From the IMG/VR virus record IMGVR_UViG_3300045988_090162: a stretch of 64,000 nucleotides of DNA; one strand, written 5' to 3'. This document shows positions 10,205-17,956 of the stretch, one piece after another. This stretch comes from a virus. A model generated the notes under the pieces. The model saw nothing but the letters and a program-made list of their open reading frames with translations. It had not been told where the DNA came from and searched no databases. The translations under genes and the position numbers were made by a program. Numbering within the stretch: position 1 is the stretch's first letter; each line of letters begins with the position of its first letter.

Positions 10205-10531
10205 CTAGAAAATAGTAAGGATTTTTGATTCCTTTACCATATCACAGAAAAGCATAACTGCGAAGTTCTGAACAGGACTCTCGCCCATTACGCCTTTCTC
10301 ACCTAGATATGTGCGGCCAATCTTGCTATATGTAACATCCTTCCCGTTTTGATATTCACAATAAATATCAAAGTAGACAGGTACTTGCTTGCGGCCAACT
10401 ACTGTGAACTTGATACCATGATAATAGAACGTGCTGCGCGTCTCGCCGTTATACTCACCAACCAGCCAACCTTCATTATATGCGATAGTTTCCAAAGCTG
10501 ACAGAATGTTAGAGATAAGGTTGCAATTCAT
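10205..10531 (-). CDS. hypothetical protein
   Basis: 108-aa ORF. Confidence 0.5.
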   Translation of the reverse strand: MNCNLISNILSALETIAYNEGWLVGEYNGETRSTFYYHGIKFTVVGRKQVPVYFDIYCEYQNGKDVTYSKIGRTYLGEKGVMGESPVQNFAVMLFCDMVKESKILTIF

Positions 10532-10540
10532 TAAATCTCC

Positions 10541-10861
10541 TTAGAGCTTGCGACCACAGAAGGGACAATACTCAATCTCATGCGACCAACCGAGCTTATC
10601 AACGCCTTTATCGTAATACTCGCCCATAAGATAATAGGCTTTGTCTGTATCCGAATAATGAATATACATACCAACATCAGAATCGGCATTATCATAATCA
10701 GTACAGTCAATGCTCTCGCCCCAGCGGGTATTCATCTTGAAATTACAATACTTGCACATACAATCTCCTTTAAAGATAATAAACATCTTCACGCTTGGCA
10801 GTATGGAATATTCCGTCTTCATCAACGATAACAAGGCTATCGCAGAATAAAAGAACATCAA
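10541..10861 (-). CDS. zinc-ribbon protein (CKYC...CPFCGRKL)
   Basis: Paralogue of 6722..6934 (same terminal CGRKL). Confidence 0.5.
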   Translation of the reverse strand: MMFFYSAIALLSLMKTEYSILPSVKMFIIFKGDCMCKYCNFKMNTRWGESIDCTDYDNADSDVGMYIHYSDTDKAYYLMGEYYDKGVDKLGWSHEIEYCPFCGRKL

Positions 10862-10985
10862 TGACTACGCCATATACATCGCCGTACAAAGCCTTGTAGA
10901 GAACCTTAGAGCCAATCATGTAATTCCCTTTCCTTCTTGGTCTATATATATTATATAATAATATATAGCGAAATGCAAGAACTTT

Positions 10986-11309
10986 TTAATGCGGCATCAG
11001 AAGATGTACAAAAGCGCCATAAGGCGATACAATCCAAGGAATCATAGTTGCAAGTTTTACCACTAAAATGACTGCGGTAAATGCACTGATACAATAGCAG
11101 ATAAAGCCTACCATTTCAAAAGTTTCATATTTATCCCTCATATCGCTGCGCTGATACTTAGTTAGTTTTTCTTGTTCCCAATTAGCATATTCCTTGCTTT
11201 TAGCTATGAAAAATCGAGCCAAGACCAAAAGAGCAATAGTAATGGCAGCAAAAATAATAACTCTACTAACATGCGCCGCAATAGCATATGAAGCGTATGC
11301 GGGAATCAC
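10986..11309 (-). CDS. membrane protein
   Basis: 107 aa with three hydrophobic segments. Confidence 0.45.
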   Translation of the reverse strand: MIPAYASYAIAAHVSRVIIFAAITIALLVLARFFIAKSKEYANWEQEKLTKYQRSDMRDKYETFEMVGFICYCISAFTAVILVVKLATMIPWIVSPYGAFVHLLMPH

Positions 11310-11535
11310 GTCTTTCGTGACAGCGCTTACGGCGATTCCAAGCTGATTTGCGATTTCTTTAGACTCCTTCTTAATCTGCGCTGCCTTAATATAGATTTAC
11401 AACATCTTTTGGACTTTGGGTTGTCCTTTCAAGTCTTCAATCTTACAAGGACGGAAACCGAACTCAGAAGCCATATAAAATCCTTTCTGCTTCATTTCTT
11501 AAATATATTATATCATTTTATATGGCTTACTACAA

Positions 11536-11565
11536 GAAAAAAATAGGGCTATTTCTAGCCCTACC
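11536..11565 (-). terminator. rho-independent terminator
   Basis: minus strand reads GTAGGGCTAGAAATAGCCCTATTTTTTT. Confidence 0.65.
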
Positions 11566-11566
11566 A

Positions 11567-11896
11567 TTAGTACTGAGGAATCCGTTCCTTGAACTTGCGC
11601 TCGCCGCATTTAGTAAATTTGTCGCAATCTAAGTAAGAACATACAAAGTTATCTTCTTCATCGAAGATACCGTTATCACTATGGAATACATATACATCGT
11701 GCGGCTTCTCATACTCTTCCCAAGCATCCATATTGTAAGCAATATCATGTGCGAGGAAAAGCGCAATATCTGCATCACTATCTAGGATAGGGATTACCTT
11801 CATTCCACGATAGGAATCAACGCCATCTTCAAACCAGTCCATCACAACAAAAAACATATTTACCACTCCACTACTAAAACAAAATGACCATTGCAC
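11567..11896 (-). CDS. hypothetical protein
   Basis: 109-aa ORF. Confidence 0.5.
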   Translation of the reverse strand: MQWSFCFSSGVVNMFFVVMDWFEDGVDSYRGMKVIPILDSDADIALFLAHDIAYNMDAWEEYEKPHDVYVFHSDNGIFDEEDNFVCSYLDCDKFTKCGERKFKERIPQY

Positions 11897-12135
11897 GGTG
11901 TTATATAACAGTTATAACCTAAGCTATGATAATACACAACAATACTGCGGCGAAATTCTACATCCTGCGCACGTTCATCGTCACAAGGAAAAAGTTCGAC
12001 CTTGCAACGGAACTTCATGCGCTCTGCCGCGGCAATAATCTCTTCATTGATTTTATCTTCTAGCTCTTGTGGAATATCATACTCATATTTATAGAGAGTA
12101 TCATATACCATTGTGCGAGCATCATTAGCAATCAT
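11860..12135 (-). CDS. hypothetical protein
   Basis: 91-aa ORF. Confidence 0.45.
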   Translation of the reverse strand: MIANDARTMVYDTLYKYEYDIPQELEDKINEEIIAAAERMKFRCKVELFPCDDERAQDVEFRRSIVVYYHSLGYNCYITPCNGHFVLVVEW

Positions 12136-12155
12136 AAAATACCTTTCTTACCACT

Positions 12156-12344
12156 TTAACTATAACGTAACATGCTGTCATATCGTTTAGCACAACACAT
12201 AAAATCTTGCCAAGCGTCATTTGTACGACTTGGATACTTAGGCTCAAACCAAAGACAATTAGGACAAGAAGCACGCAATGGCGCAATACTGCCCGTCTGC
12301 CGCATCCATGCACGGCATACGTCTCCATGAATACATGCGGCCAT
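12156..12344 (-). CDS. small Cys-rich protein
   Basis: ATG directly follows the upstream stop (taATGgcc) with AAGGAG 10 nt upstream; preferred over the overlapping ORF 12125..12328. Confidence 0.45.
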   Translation of the reverse strand: MAACIHGDVCRAWMRQTGSIAPLRASCPNCLWFEPKYPSRTNDAWQDFMCCAKRYDSMLRYS

Positions 12345-12655
12345 TACTCATGCTCCTTACGATAACGCTCGGCATCTGCCGCAGTCGCTAGAAAATATTC
12401 ATGCTCATGGCCGGGCCAATTATATTCAACGAAGATACCCATCGAGCGTAGAATGGACTGAGCACCGCGAAGTTGCGTCTCATAACGTTCACGGTTCTCA
12501 GAGAAAGCCTTTAGTTCACGTTCAGACTTACTCTTTACAGAAGTGCTGATAATACTGCGCTCAATATCTTTTGTCGTGTTAAACCAGCTTAGAACGCTCT
12601 CCTGCTGGTCTTTTGTAAGATAATTATAATGTTCTGGATAATCAAATGTACACAT
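12344..12655 (-). CDS. hypothetical protein
   Basis: 103-aa ORF. Confidence 0.5.
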   Translation of the reverse strand: MCTFDYPEHYNYLTKDQQESVLSWFNTTKDIERSIISTSVKSKSERELKAFSENRERYETQLRGAQSILRSMGIFVEYNWPGHEHEYFLATAADAERYRKEHE

Positions 12656-12657
12656 AT

Positions 12658-12879
12658 CTACTCTTTCATCACTGTAATTGTAGACTCACTACCGAGTCTA
12701 TGTCCTATAATTGCATTATACCCAAGTTTCTGCAAGATTATACATATATCTTCACACTCTTTTTGTGGCATTTCATATACACAATATTCAAAGCCAATAG
12801 GCAAGTCAGATGTTTCTTGCTCTTGGATAATATCTAAGATACATTTGAGGTCATATATAGTATCTTTTTCCATAATCAT
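12658..12879 (-). CDS. hypothetical protein
   Basis: 73-aa ORF. Confidence 0.45.
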   Translation of the reverse strand: MIMEKDTIYDLKCILDIIQEQETSDLPIGFEYCVYEMPQKECEDICIILQKLGYNAIIGHRLGSESTITVMKE

Positions 12880-12903
12880 AGTTATAGACTCGCTATCGAG
12901 CCA

Positions 12904-13212
12904 TTAACCTTCACCTCTCAGTTTGCGAATGCGATTACGAATGTCGGTAAATACTCTGCGCGTGCAGTAGCGTGCGCTTTCAAAACAACACTTATCACAC
13001 GAATAGGTTTTACTGCCAGCATAAGCGCAACATGGAGACGCGCCAGATATCCCGTTGTTCAAGTCCTCTTCCAGCTGCTTCCAGCTATCAGTATAAGGCT
13101 GTGTAAAATACATTTGTGAAACAAACCTTCTGACACCATTTTTGTACTCGACTGTCCATTTGCTATCGGTAGTTTCACCGCTCAGGTCGTAAGTAAATTT
13201 TGCAATATCCAC
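12904..13212 (-). CDS. hypothetical Cys-rich protein
   Basis: 102-aa ORF. Confidence 0.45.
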   Translation of the reverse strand: MDIAKFTYDLSGETTDSKWTVEYKNGVRRFVSQMYFTQPYTDSWKQLEEDLNNGISGASPCCAYAGSKTYSCDKCCFESARYCTRRVFTDIRNRIRKLRGEG

Positions 13213-13312
13213 TGATTTCCATATTCGTCATATAGTGTCTTTGTGTCTAACGGAACCTCTTTACCTTCGGCATCTTTGAGTAGTGTGATTTGAATTGCCA
13301 TTTAATCTCCTT

Positions 13313-13792
13313 TTACACAATCATATACTCGTCTACAAGACCATTGGCCTTAGCGCGAGCAGGCATATAACGACCAGCCCACATGCGCTTGATAACATCA
13401 TCAGGTACACGTTCAACACCTCCGCGCTTAGCATTCTGCGGCAAAGCGATGTCAAGACCACGGTTGAAGTACACAAGGATAATCTTGTCGGCGTTCTTGC
13501 CGCAATTCTCAACGGTCTTGCGAAGCGACTTCCAAGAAATATGAGTAGCATCTGCAATAACATTAATATCATTGCAAAGATTGTCGTTAATCTGACTATA
13601 GAAACCCTTAATAACGTCACTCTCATACTTAAAGTAATCAATAGAAGGAAGAAAATCAGGGTCATTTGCCATATACTCAAAGCGAATATAATCACGAGAA
13701 ACAATTTTGGCATTAAGTTCAGCACTATGCTCATGCGCCCAAAACGACTTGCCGCAACCAGGAATTCCTGCTAGAATATAAAGATTAGCCAT
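13313..13792 (-). CDS. polynucleotide 5'-kinase-like P-loop kinase (T4 Pnk kinase-domain-like)
   Basis: N-terminal LAGIPGCGKSFWA Walker A followed by the SRD.IR motif typical of T4 Pnk/AAA_33 kinases. Confidence 0.65.
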   Translation of the reverse strand: MANLYILAGIPGCGKSFWAHEHSAELNAKIVSRDYIRFEYMANDPDFLPSIDYFKYESDVIKGFYSQINDNLCNDINVIADATHISWKSLRKTVENCGKNADKIILVYFNRGLDIALPQNAKRGGVERVPDDVIKRMWAGRYMPARAKANGLVDEYMIV

Positions 13793-13856
13793 GTGACTCT
13801 CCTTCTTTTGGCTTTCTTTAAATATATTATATCATTTTGAATTGCTGTATGTCAAT

Positions 13857-13895
13857 AAAAAAATAGGGCAACTTCTTTTATAGAAGTTACCCTAC
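13857..13895 (-). terminator. rho-independent terminator
   Basis: minus strand GTAGGGTAACTTCTATAAAAGAAGTTGCCCTATTTTTTT. Confidence 0.65.
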
Positions 13896-14198
13896 ATAAT
13901 GTGTGGAGGAAGTGACTGGTGACGCTCCAGATTCCCTGTTAAGGAACGCACCGCTTTCTAGGCGGGCCTAGTCGCTGGACTAGTTGATTAGCCAAAAGCA
14001 GGATGCGTATTCACGGCGCATCCAGAGGGTCTGTTTTTACGGTGTTTCAGCTCACCAATTACTCCGTGAAAGCACTTGCTTATCTCCTAGCAAGAAGGCT
14101 TGCTATCCTCTCGAATAGCTATGCGGCGTTGCCTATTCTACCGCAAAAGCTGTTTTCGGCACAACTTCAAAGCCACCGCCAATAGGGGCGTGAATGTA

Positions 14199-14290
14199 TG
14201 GCGGGGCAACTGGCATTCGAAGCCAATACTTGAATCACAAGTACGTTCTGATTAGCAGTCAGACCTAACTCCCCGTTAGTTGTCTGCCCC
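14199..14290 (-). tRNA. tRNA-Ser (anticodon GCT), long variable arm, CCA encoded
   Basis: Hand-folded: acceptor GGGGCAG/TTGCCCC, D-arm AACT-AACGGGG-AGTT, anticodon stem TCTGA/TCAGA with loop CTGCTAA, variable-arm stem ACTTG/CAAGT, T-loop TTCGAAT, 3' GCCA. Confidence 0.75.
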
Positions 14291-14388
14291 ATATAAACAG
14301 CATCAGACCTCTCTCTGTCAAGTTTCGCTATAAAGAAGCGCTGCGAGTTATCATTATTCTGTATCTAATGCTGTTTTAAACAGGTAGG

Positions 14389-14459
14389 AGCGGCGTAAGA
14401 GATTCTAACTCTCACCAAAGGCTTGGAAGGCCTGTATGCTAACATTACACCAACGCCGC
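14389..14459 (-). tRNA. tRNA-Gly (anticodon TCC)
   Basis: acceptor GCGGCGT/ACGCCGC, anticodon loop CTTCCAA, T-arm GAGAG-TTAGAAT-CTCTT; anticodon stem is only 4 bp. Confidence 0.6.
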
Positions 14460-14467
14460 ATATAAGG

Positions 14468-14540
14468 TGTCCACGGGTAGAATTGAACTACCGACACGCA
14501 GATTTTCAGTCTGCTGCTCTACCTACTGAGCTACATGGAC
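14468..14540 (-). tRNA. tRNA-Phe (anticodon GAA)
   Basis: acceptor GTCCATG/CGTGGAC, D-arm GCTC-AGTAGGTA-GAGC, anticodon stem GCAGA/TCTGC with loop CTGAAAA, T-arm GGTAG-TTCAATT-CTACC. Confidence 0.8.
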
Positions 14541-14544
14541 ATGC

Positions 14545-14619
14545 TGGCTTCTCTATTATGACTCGAACATAAACTAACGGAACCAAAATCCGTTGTGCTG
14601 CCAATTACACCATAGAGAA
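14545..14619 (-). tRNA. tRNA-Gln (anticodon TTG), CCA encoded
   Basis: acceptor TTCTCTA/TAGAGAA (perfect), D-arm GTGT-AATTGGCA-GCAC, anticodon stem ACGGA/TCCGT with loop TTTTGGT, T-arm TTATG-TTCGAGT-CATAA, 3' GCCA. Confidence 0.8.
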
Positions 14620-14626
14620 ATTTTCG

Positions 14627-14698
14627 TGCGCTAGTGGAGATTCGAACTCCAATCTCAAGAACGTCACCTTGCAATTTTGCCAGTTAAACTACTAACAC
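14627..14698 (-). tRNA. tRNA-like gene with atypical anticodon arm (possible pseudo-tRNA or non-canonical tRNA)
   Basis: Good acceptor (GTGTTAG/CTAGCGC with two G·U pairs), D-arm GTTT-AACTGGCA-AAAT and T-arm TGGAG-TTCGAAT-CTCCA; the anticodon region folds only as CAAGG/TCTTG around a 6-nt loop TGACGT (or a 4-bp stem with an 8-nt loop). Confidence 0.45.
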
Positions 14699-14819
14699 AC
14701 TACTCACTAGTGGCAATTATTTTAAGGATAATTGCAAAACCTTTTAGTCTAAAGCTAGCTAGGCTTTAGAAGTTGAAAATATAGGGTTAAGCTATTTCCT
14801 ATATTTTCTATATTTTCTA

Positions 14820-14925
14820 TATATCTAGTCGAATGTAAGAACCGTATTTAACCAATTAAACTACCTCGCACTTGCCGTGCGAGAGTGGGAGTCGAACCAA
14901 CATCTGCTCTATGCTCGACTTGATA
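14820..14925 (-). ncRNA. candidate Y RNA-like (YrlA-like) ncRNA with a permuted tRNA-like module
   Basis: Downstream of promoter 14931-14959. The minus strand reads 5' GTCGAGC..., then T-arm GTTGG-TTCGACT-CCCAC, then hairpin CTCGCAC-GGCAA-GTGCGAG (acceptor-like stem closed by a loop), then a D-arm-like GTAGTTTAATTGGTTAAAT, then ...CATTCGAC pairing back to the 5' end. tRNA parts are present but in YrlA-like permuted order. Confidence 0.45.
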
Positions 14926-14930
14926 ACTAT

Positions 14931-14959
14931 ATTATATAAAACTACTTGGCATTTGTCAA
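14931..14959 (-). promoter_or_regulatory. sigma70-like promoter (TTGACA-N17-TATATAAT) driving the Y-like RNA and tRNA operon
   Basis: rc: TTGACAAATGCCAAGTAGTTTTATATAAT; about 90% identical over ~45 nt to the promoter at 20320-20348. Confidence 0.6.
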
Positions 14960-14978
14960 ATTAATTTTATAATTAAAA

Positions 14979-15054
14979 TGGTGGCTCGCCTGAGTCTCGA
15001 ACTCAGAACCGTCAGATTAAAAGTCTGCTACTCTACCAATTGAGTTAACGAGCC
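14979..15054 (-). tRNA. tRNA-Lys (anticodon TTT), CCA encoded
   Basis: acceptor GGCTCGT/GCGAGCC, D-arm ACTC-AATTGGTA-GAGT, anticodon loop CTTTTAA, T-arm CTGAG-TTCGAGA-CTCAG, 3' ACCA. Confidence 0.8.
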
Positions 15055-15071
15055 ATATGCAATCTAGCACG

Positions 15072-15144
15072 CTCTGGCGGCAGGGGTCGAACCTGCGACA
15101 TCTTGATTAACGGTCAAGCGTTCTACCAGCTGAACTACACCAGA
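15072..15144 (-). tRNA. tRNA-Asn (anticodon GTT)
   Basis: acceptor TCTGGTG/CGCCAGA, D-arm GTTC-AGCTGGTA-GAAC, anticodon stem CTTGA/TCAAG with loop CCGTTAA, T-arm GCAGG-TTCGACC-CCTGC. Confidence 0.7.
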
Positions 15145-15208
15145 GTGTACTAGATTATAGGTTAATTATACAATATTTATATGCAATTGTCAAGGAAAAA
15201 GTTAGAGG

Positions 15209-15280
15209 TACGAAATGAAAGAGTCGAACTTTCGTCTTCCCGTTATAAGCAGGATGTCCTAACCGTTGTACGAATTTCGC
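15209..15280 (-). tRNA. tRNA-Ile (anticodon TAT; AUA-decoding, or CAT-like if modified)
   Basis: acceptor GCGAAAT/ATTTCGT, anticodon stem TCCTG/CGGGA with loop CTTATAA, T-arm GAAAG-TTCGACT-CTTTC; D-stem has one mismatch. Confidence 0.6.
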
Positions 15281-15301
15281 ATTACTGTAACTGCTTTTAA
15301 A

Positions 15302-15673
15302 TTATTGGTGAGACTTAAGCCACCTTTGAACATACCAAAGCTGGCCGCGCCCACCACCAATATCATCTTGACCAGCTGGATCAAATGTCCTTACATTATA
15401 ACCCTTTTCTAAGAACTTATCCTGAAACTTCTTAATAACATCTAAGTTCCTAAACGCCGCATCTTTAAGCATGGCGGGAATACCGTCAAACAGCTCATGC
15501 TCACCAAGAGTCTCTAAAGCAACATCAACCAAGTCGGCATCATACATGTCATAAAGCAGGTCAAGATATGCGTCACGGTCAGATTCACTAATCTCCATTG
15601 TATTCCTCTTCGTCATACTCGCCATCATTGCACATCCAATCATTGACGCATACCTTTTCAGGTTCATCTTCAA
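15302..15673 (-). CDS. hypothetical protein
   Basis: 123-aa ORF with the CCAAGAGA cassette upstream (15770). Confidence 0.5.
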   Translation of the reverse strand: MKMNLKRYASMIGCAMMASMTKRNTMEISESDRDAYLDLLYDMYDADLVDVALETLGEHELFDGIPAMLKDAAFRNLDVIKKFQDKFLEKGYNVRTFDPAGQDDIGGGRGQLWYVQRWLKSHQ

Positions 15674-15829
15674 TCAGATGCTTGCGGCAGATGCCTAGAT
15701 ACCAAAGGTCTGTTGACTCATAATATTTGCAATTGCCGCATATATTAGTAGCTTCAACCATTGTTTCTTCTTTCTCTTGGTTTCTTTAACTATATTATAG
15801 CATATCTTTTAACCAAAAGTCAAGAAAAA

Positions 15830-16102
15830 TTAAGTATAAAATTCGTTGAAATCATTAAGCCAATCCAAGAGAGCTAAAGATGTAAGTGGAGTCATGTCCC
15901 ATAACTGCTCAGCACAATAAATGCTAGTATGAGAAGGATTCTTTTCCATAGCATTTACAACAAGCTCATGAAAAACAGCACGGTCAACTTTTTTAAGTTC
16001 ATCGACAATCTTCTCAATATCCTTTTGCTGACTAAGATATACAATGAAATCAAGAATCATAGCAGTCATTTTATTAAGGTGCATACTACACATTTCACTC
16101 AT
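15830..16102 (-). CDS. hypothetical protein (start trimmed to an internal Met)
   Basis: ORF 15830..16207 overlaps the upstream gene; the internal MSEMCSMH start abuts the upstream stop. Confidence 0.4.
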   Translation of the reverse strand: MSEMCSMHLNKMTAMILDFIVYLSQQKDIEKIVDELKKVDRAVFHELVVNAMEKNPSHTSIYCAEQLWDMTPLTSLALLDWLNDFNEFYT

Positions 16103-16397
16103 ATTTCTGTCTCCAAAGTTCACGTGCGGCCATTCGTGCTTCACGACATTCAGGAGAAGAATCATTCTTCCCTGTTTGCTGTAAAACATACTCTTCAATA
16201 AAATCATAACTACTTATATCAGCGACATTTTTTACAAACTGAGGACAGCATGTAGGCCACCAAGCTCCAATACGGCCAATTCTATAAAAGCAAGAGCCAA
16301 ACTTCTCATGGCGTTTACCTTTTGAAGTAACATCGCCTAACCAGTGAACGCACTCACCGCATGTATGGTCAGAGTTTACATCACAAAAAGGAAACAA
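16095..16397 (-). CDS. Cys-rich small protein
   Basis: 100 aa with CxxC pairs (CGEC...CCPQ). Confidence 0.45.
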   Translation of the reverse strand: MFPFCDVNSDHTCGECVHWLGDVTSKGKRHEKFGSCFYRIGRIGAWWPTCCPQFVKNVADISSYDFIEEYVLQQTGKNDSSPECREARMAARELWRQKYE

Positions 16398-16537
16398 GAC
16401 TCGCCGATAGTATCATGGAGCTGGTCTTTGCAGACACAATGAAAGTAACCTTTCTCGCCCCAACGCTTCTTGCTATACTTATGCTGCGGACAATGGCTTA
16501 GACCTTCACATGAGATTTTATATTCATCGTTAGTCAT
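16376..16537 (-). CDS. Cys/His-rich small protein (start trimmed)
   Basis: The internal Met gives a 53-aa CxxxxC...HC..C protein abutting its neighbours. Confidence 0.35.
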   Translation of the reverse strand: MTNDEYKISCEGLSHCPQHKYSKKRWGEKGYFHCVCKDQLHDTIGESCFLFVM

Positions 16538-16724
16538 GCTTCTCCAATTTAGGATGAATTGCCCATTCGCCGCACCTATCTCCGCTTTGCGGTGAAGGAT
16601 GAACAGTATAAACATTATAATCTGTTGGGTCAATAATTACATTGGGTGGGAAACGATAGCAACTGCAATTTTTATAAAATCTGCAATTGCCGCAGATACG
16701 CTGGACCTTATGCTTGACTTCCAT
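16530..16724 (-). CDS. Cys-rich small protein (start trimmed; GGAGAG RBS)
   Basis: Internal MEVKHKVQRICGNCRFYKNCSC start with RBS GGAGAGTAAAATG, immediately upstream of the phosphoesterase. Confidence 0.4.
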   Translation of the reverse strand: MEVKHKVQRICGNCRFYKNCSCYRFPPNVIIDPTDYNVYTVHPSPQSGDRCGEWAIHPKLEKHD

Positions 16725-16725
16725 T

Positions 16726-17322
16726 TTACTCTCCAAGCTCAATCTTTTTCTGCTGGACATCGAGCCAAATATCATGAATGCTGACAGGAGTAAGATTATT
16801 CGTGTCAACGCCTACGTGATATGTCCAATCAACAAGACCCTTGGGAGCCGCGTCATGGACATGACCATACAGAATGACATTGGCGCTGTCTCCACGCATT
16901 TCCTCGGGACGCTCATGAATCATAATGAAACTGACATCGTTGTAATCAAGGCAAGACACCTTGTTTTCGATAATCCAGCCGAGCTTTTCCATTTCTGCAA
17001 TGCGCTTCTTGGTATCATGATTGCCGGGAATCACATGAATCTTGCCGTTGAGACGAGAGCCATATTTAGCTACAGTCTCAAGTGGTCCCATGAAGCAATC
17101 ACCAAGATGATAGACAGTATCATCAGGAGATACAACGGAATTCCAGTTTTTGACAATAGCTTCATTCATTTCTTTGACCGTATCAAACGGACGCGACTCT
17201 GGACAAAACTTGATAATATTCTCATGTTGAAAATGAGTATCAGAAATAACAAAAACACTCATTGAATCTCCTTTCGATTTCTTAAATATATTATAACATA
17301 ATATATAGCCAATAGTCAACAA
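16726..17322 (-). CDS. calcineurin-like metallophosphoesterase (protein/polynucleotide phosphatase-like)
   Basis: Motifs ISDTHF (GDxHG-like), GDCFMG (GDxxDRG-like), GNHD, and GHVH. Confidence 0.75.
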   Translation of the reverse strand: MLTIGYILCYNIFKKSKGDSMSVFVISDTHFQHENIIKFCPESRPFDTVKEMNEAIVKNWNSVVSPDDTVYHLGDCFMGPLETVAKYGSRLNGKIHVIPGNHDTKKRIAEMEKLGWIIENKVSCLDYNDVSFIMIHERPEEMRGDSANVILYGHVHDAAPKGLVDWTYHVGVDTNNLTPVSIHDIWLDVQQKKIELGE

Positions 17323-17358
17323 AAAAATAGGGACTCAAAAGAGTCCCTACAAAAATAT
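17322..17358. terminator. bidirectional rho-independent terminator
   Basis: AAAAAAATAGGGACTCaaaaGAGTCCCTACAAAAATA. Confidence 0.65.
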
Positions 17359-17420
17359 CAATGTGTGCGAAAAAGTTAGATTCAGACTATTTTAATTGCC
17401 CTATGAAGTAACTGAATCTT
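17347..17420. repeat. hairpin-repeat unit 1 (ATGCG...TTAGATTCAG...CTGAATCTTAA...CGCAT family)
   Basis: Outer inverted ends TGCG/CGCA enclose an inner inverted repeat TTAGATTCAG / CTGAATCTTAA. Confidence 0.5.
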
Positions 17421-17699
17421 AATCACGCACATTTGCGCCTATATAGCTCGCACACTATATAGGCGAGAAAGGGGTTTACAAATAATGGCAAGGAAAAAGT
17501 GTAAAGAGTGTAGGTGGGGGTTGCCTCTTTCTAATGAAAGCTGCTCTTATTTAAACATATAACGAAGTAACTCTTTACTAATCACTTGCCGCACAAGAGA
17601 AAGCGATACGGAAATAGGTGTTTCAGTTTGAGTAATCAGCTCAGAATGGAGATTTGAAGTATCTGAAACGTTATCACGTATCGTCTACTTTAATAAAAT

Positions 17700-17810
17700 G
17701 AATGCGGAAAAGCCTAAATCAGTGAAATGTGTACCGACACAGAGCAGGAGCCGAACCTGCAAGCGCATTTTTCCAGAATGAAGTAACTGATTTATCATCA
17801 CGCATTATAG
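17700..17810. repeat. hairpin-repeat unit 2 (covariant stem CCTAAATCAGT / ACTGATTTATCA)
   Basis: Same outer ATGCGGAAAAG ... TCACGCAT frame as the other units, with compensatory changes in the inner stem. Confidence 0.5.
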
Positions 17811-17819
17811 TAAATAAAA

Positions 17820-17905
17820 TAAATGCGGAAAAGTTAGATTCAGTGTCTAATTATTAACATACCAAAATTAATGAAGTAACTGAATCTTAATCACGCATTT
17901 AATAA
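17820..17905. repeat. hairpin-repeat unit 3
   Basis: AATGCGGAAAAGTTAGATTCAG...GAAGTAACTGAATCTTAATCACGCAT. Confidence 0.5.
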
Positions 17906-17956
17906 ACGTTGGTGCCGCATCTAGGTACCGCCCCTAGCCAGTCTAAGACAGAAGAT

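Noticed and set aside
12125-12328. 67-aa ORF overlapping 12156..12344
   Set aside because: It is in an alternative frame of the same interval. The 12156..12344 frame has a stop-start overlap (taATGg) and an AAGGAG RBS, so it is preferred.
13295-13774. Plus-strand 159-aa ORF and the minus-strand 133-aa ORF (13333..13734) overlapping the kinase gene
   Set aside because: Shadow frames of the P-loop kinase gene (13313..13792, minus), which has clear Walker A homology. The shadows have none.
14820-14925. Calling 14840-14915 a conventional tRNA (it has a good TTCGACT T-arm)
   Set aside because: The acceptor complement and D-arm lie on the wrong side of the T-arm, so no cloverleaf is possible on either strand. 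Reinterpreted as a permuted tRNA-like (Y RNA-like) module.
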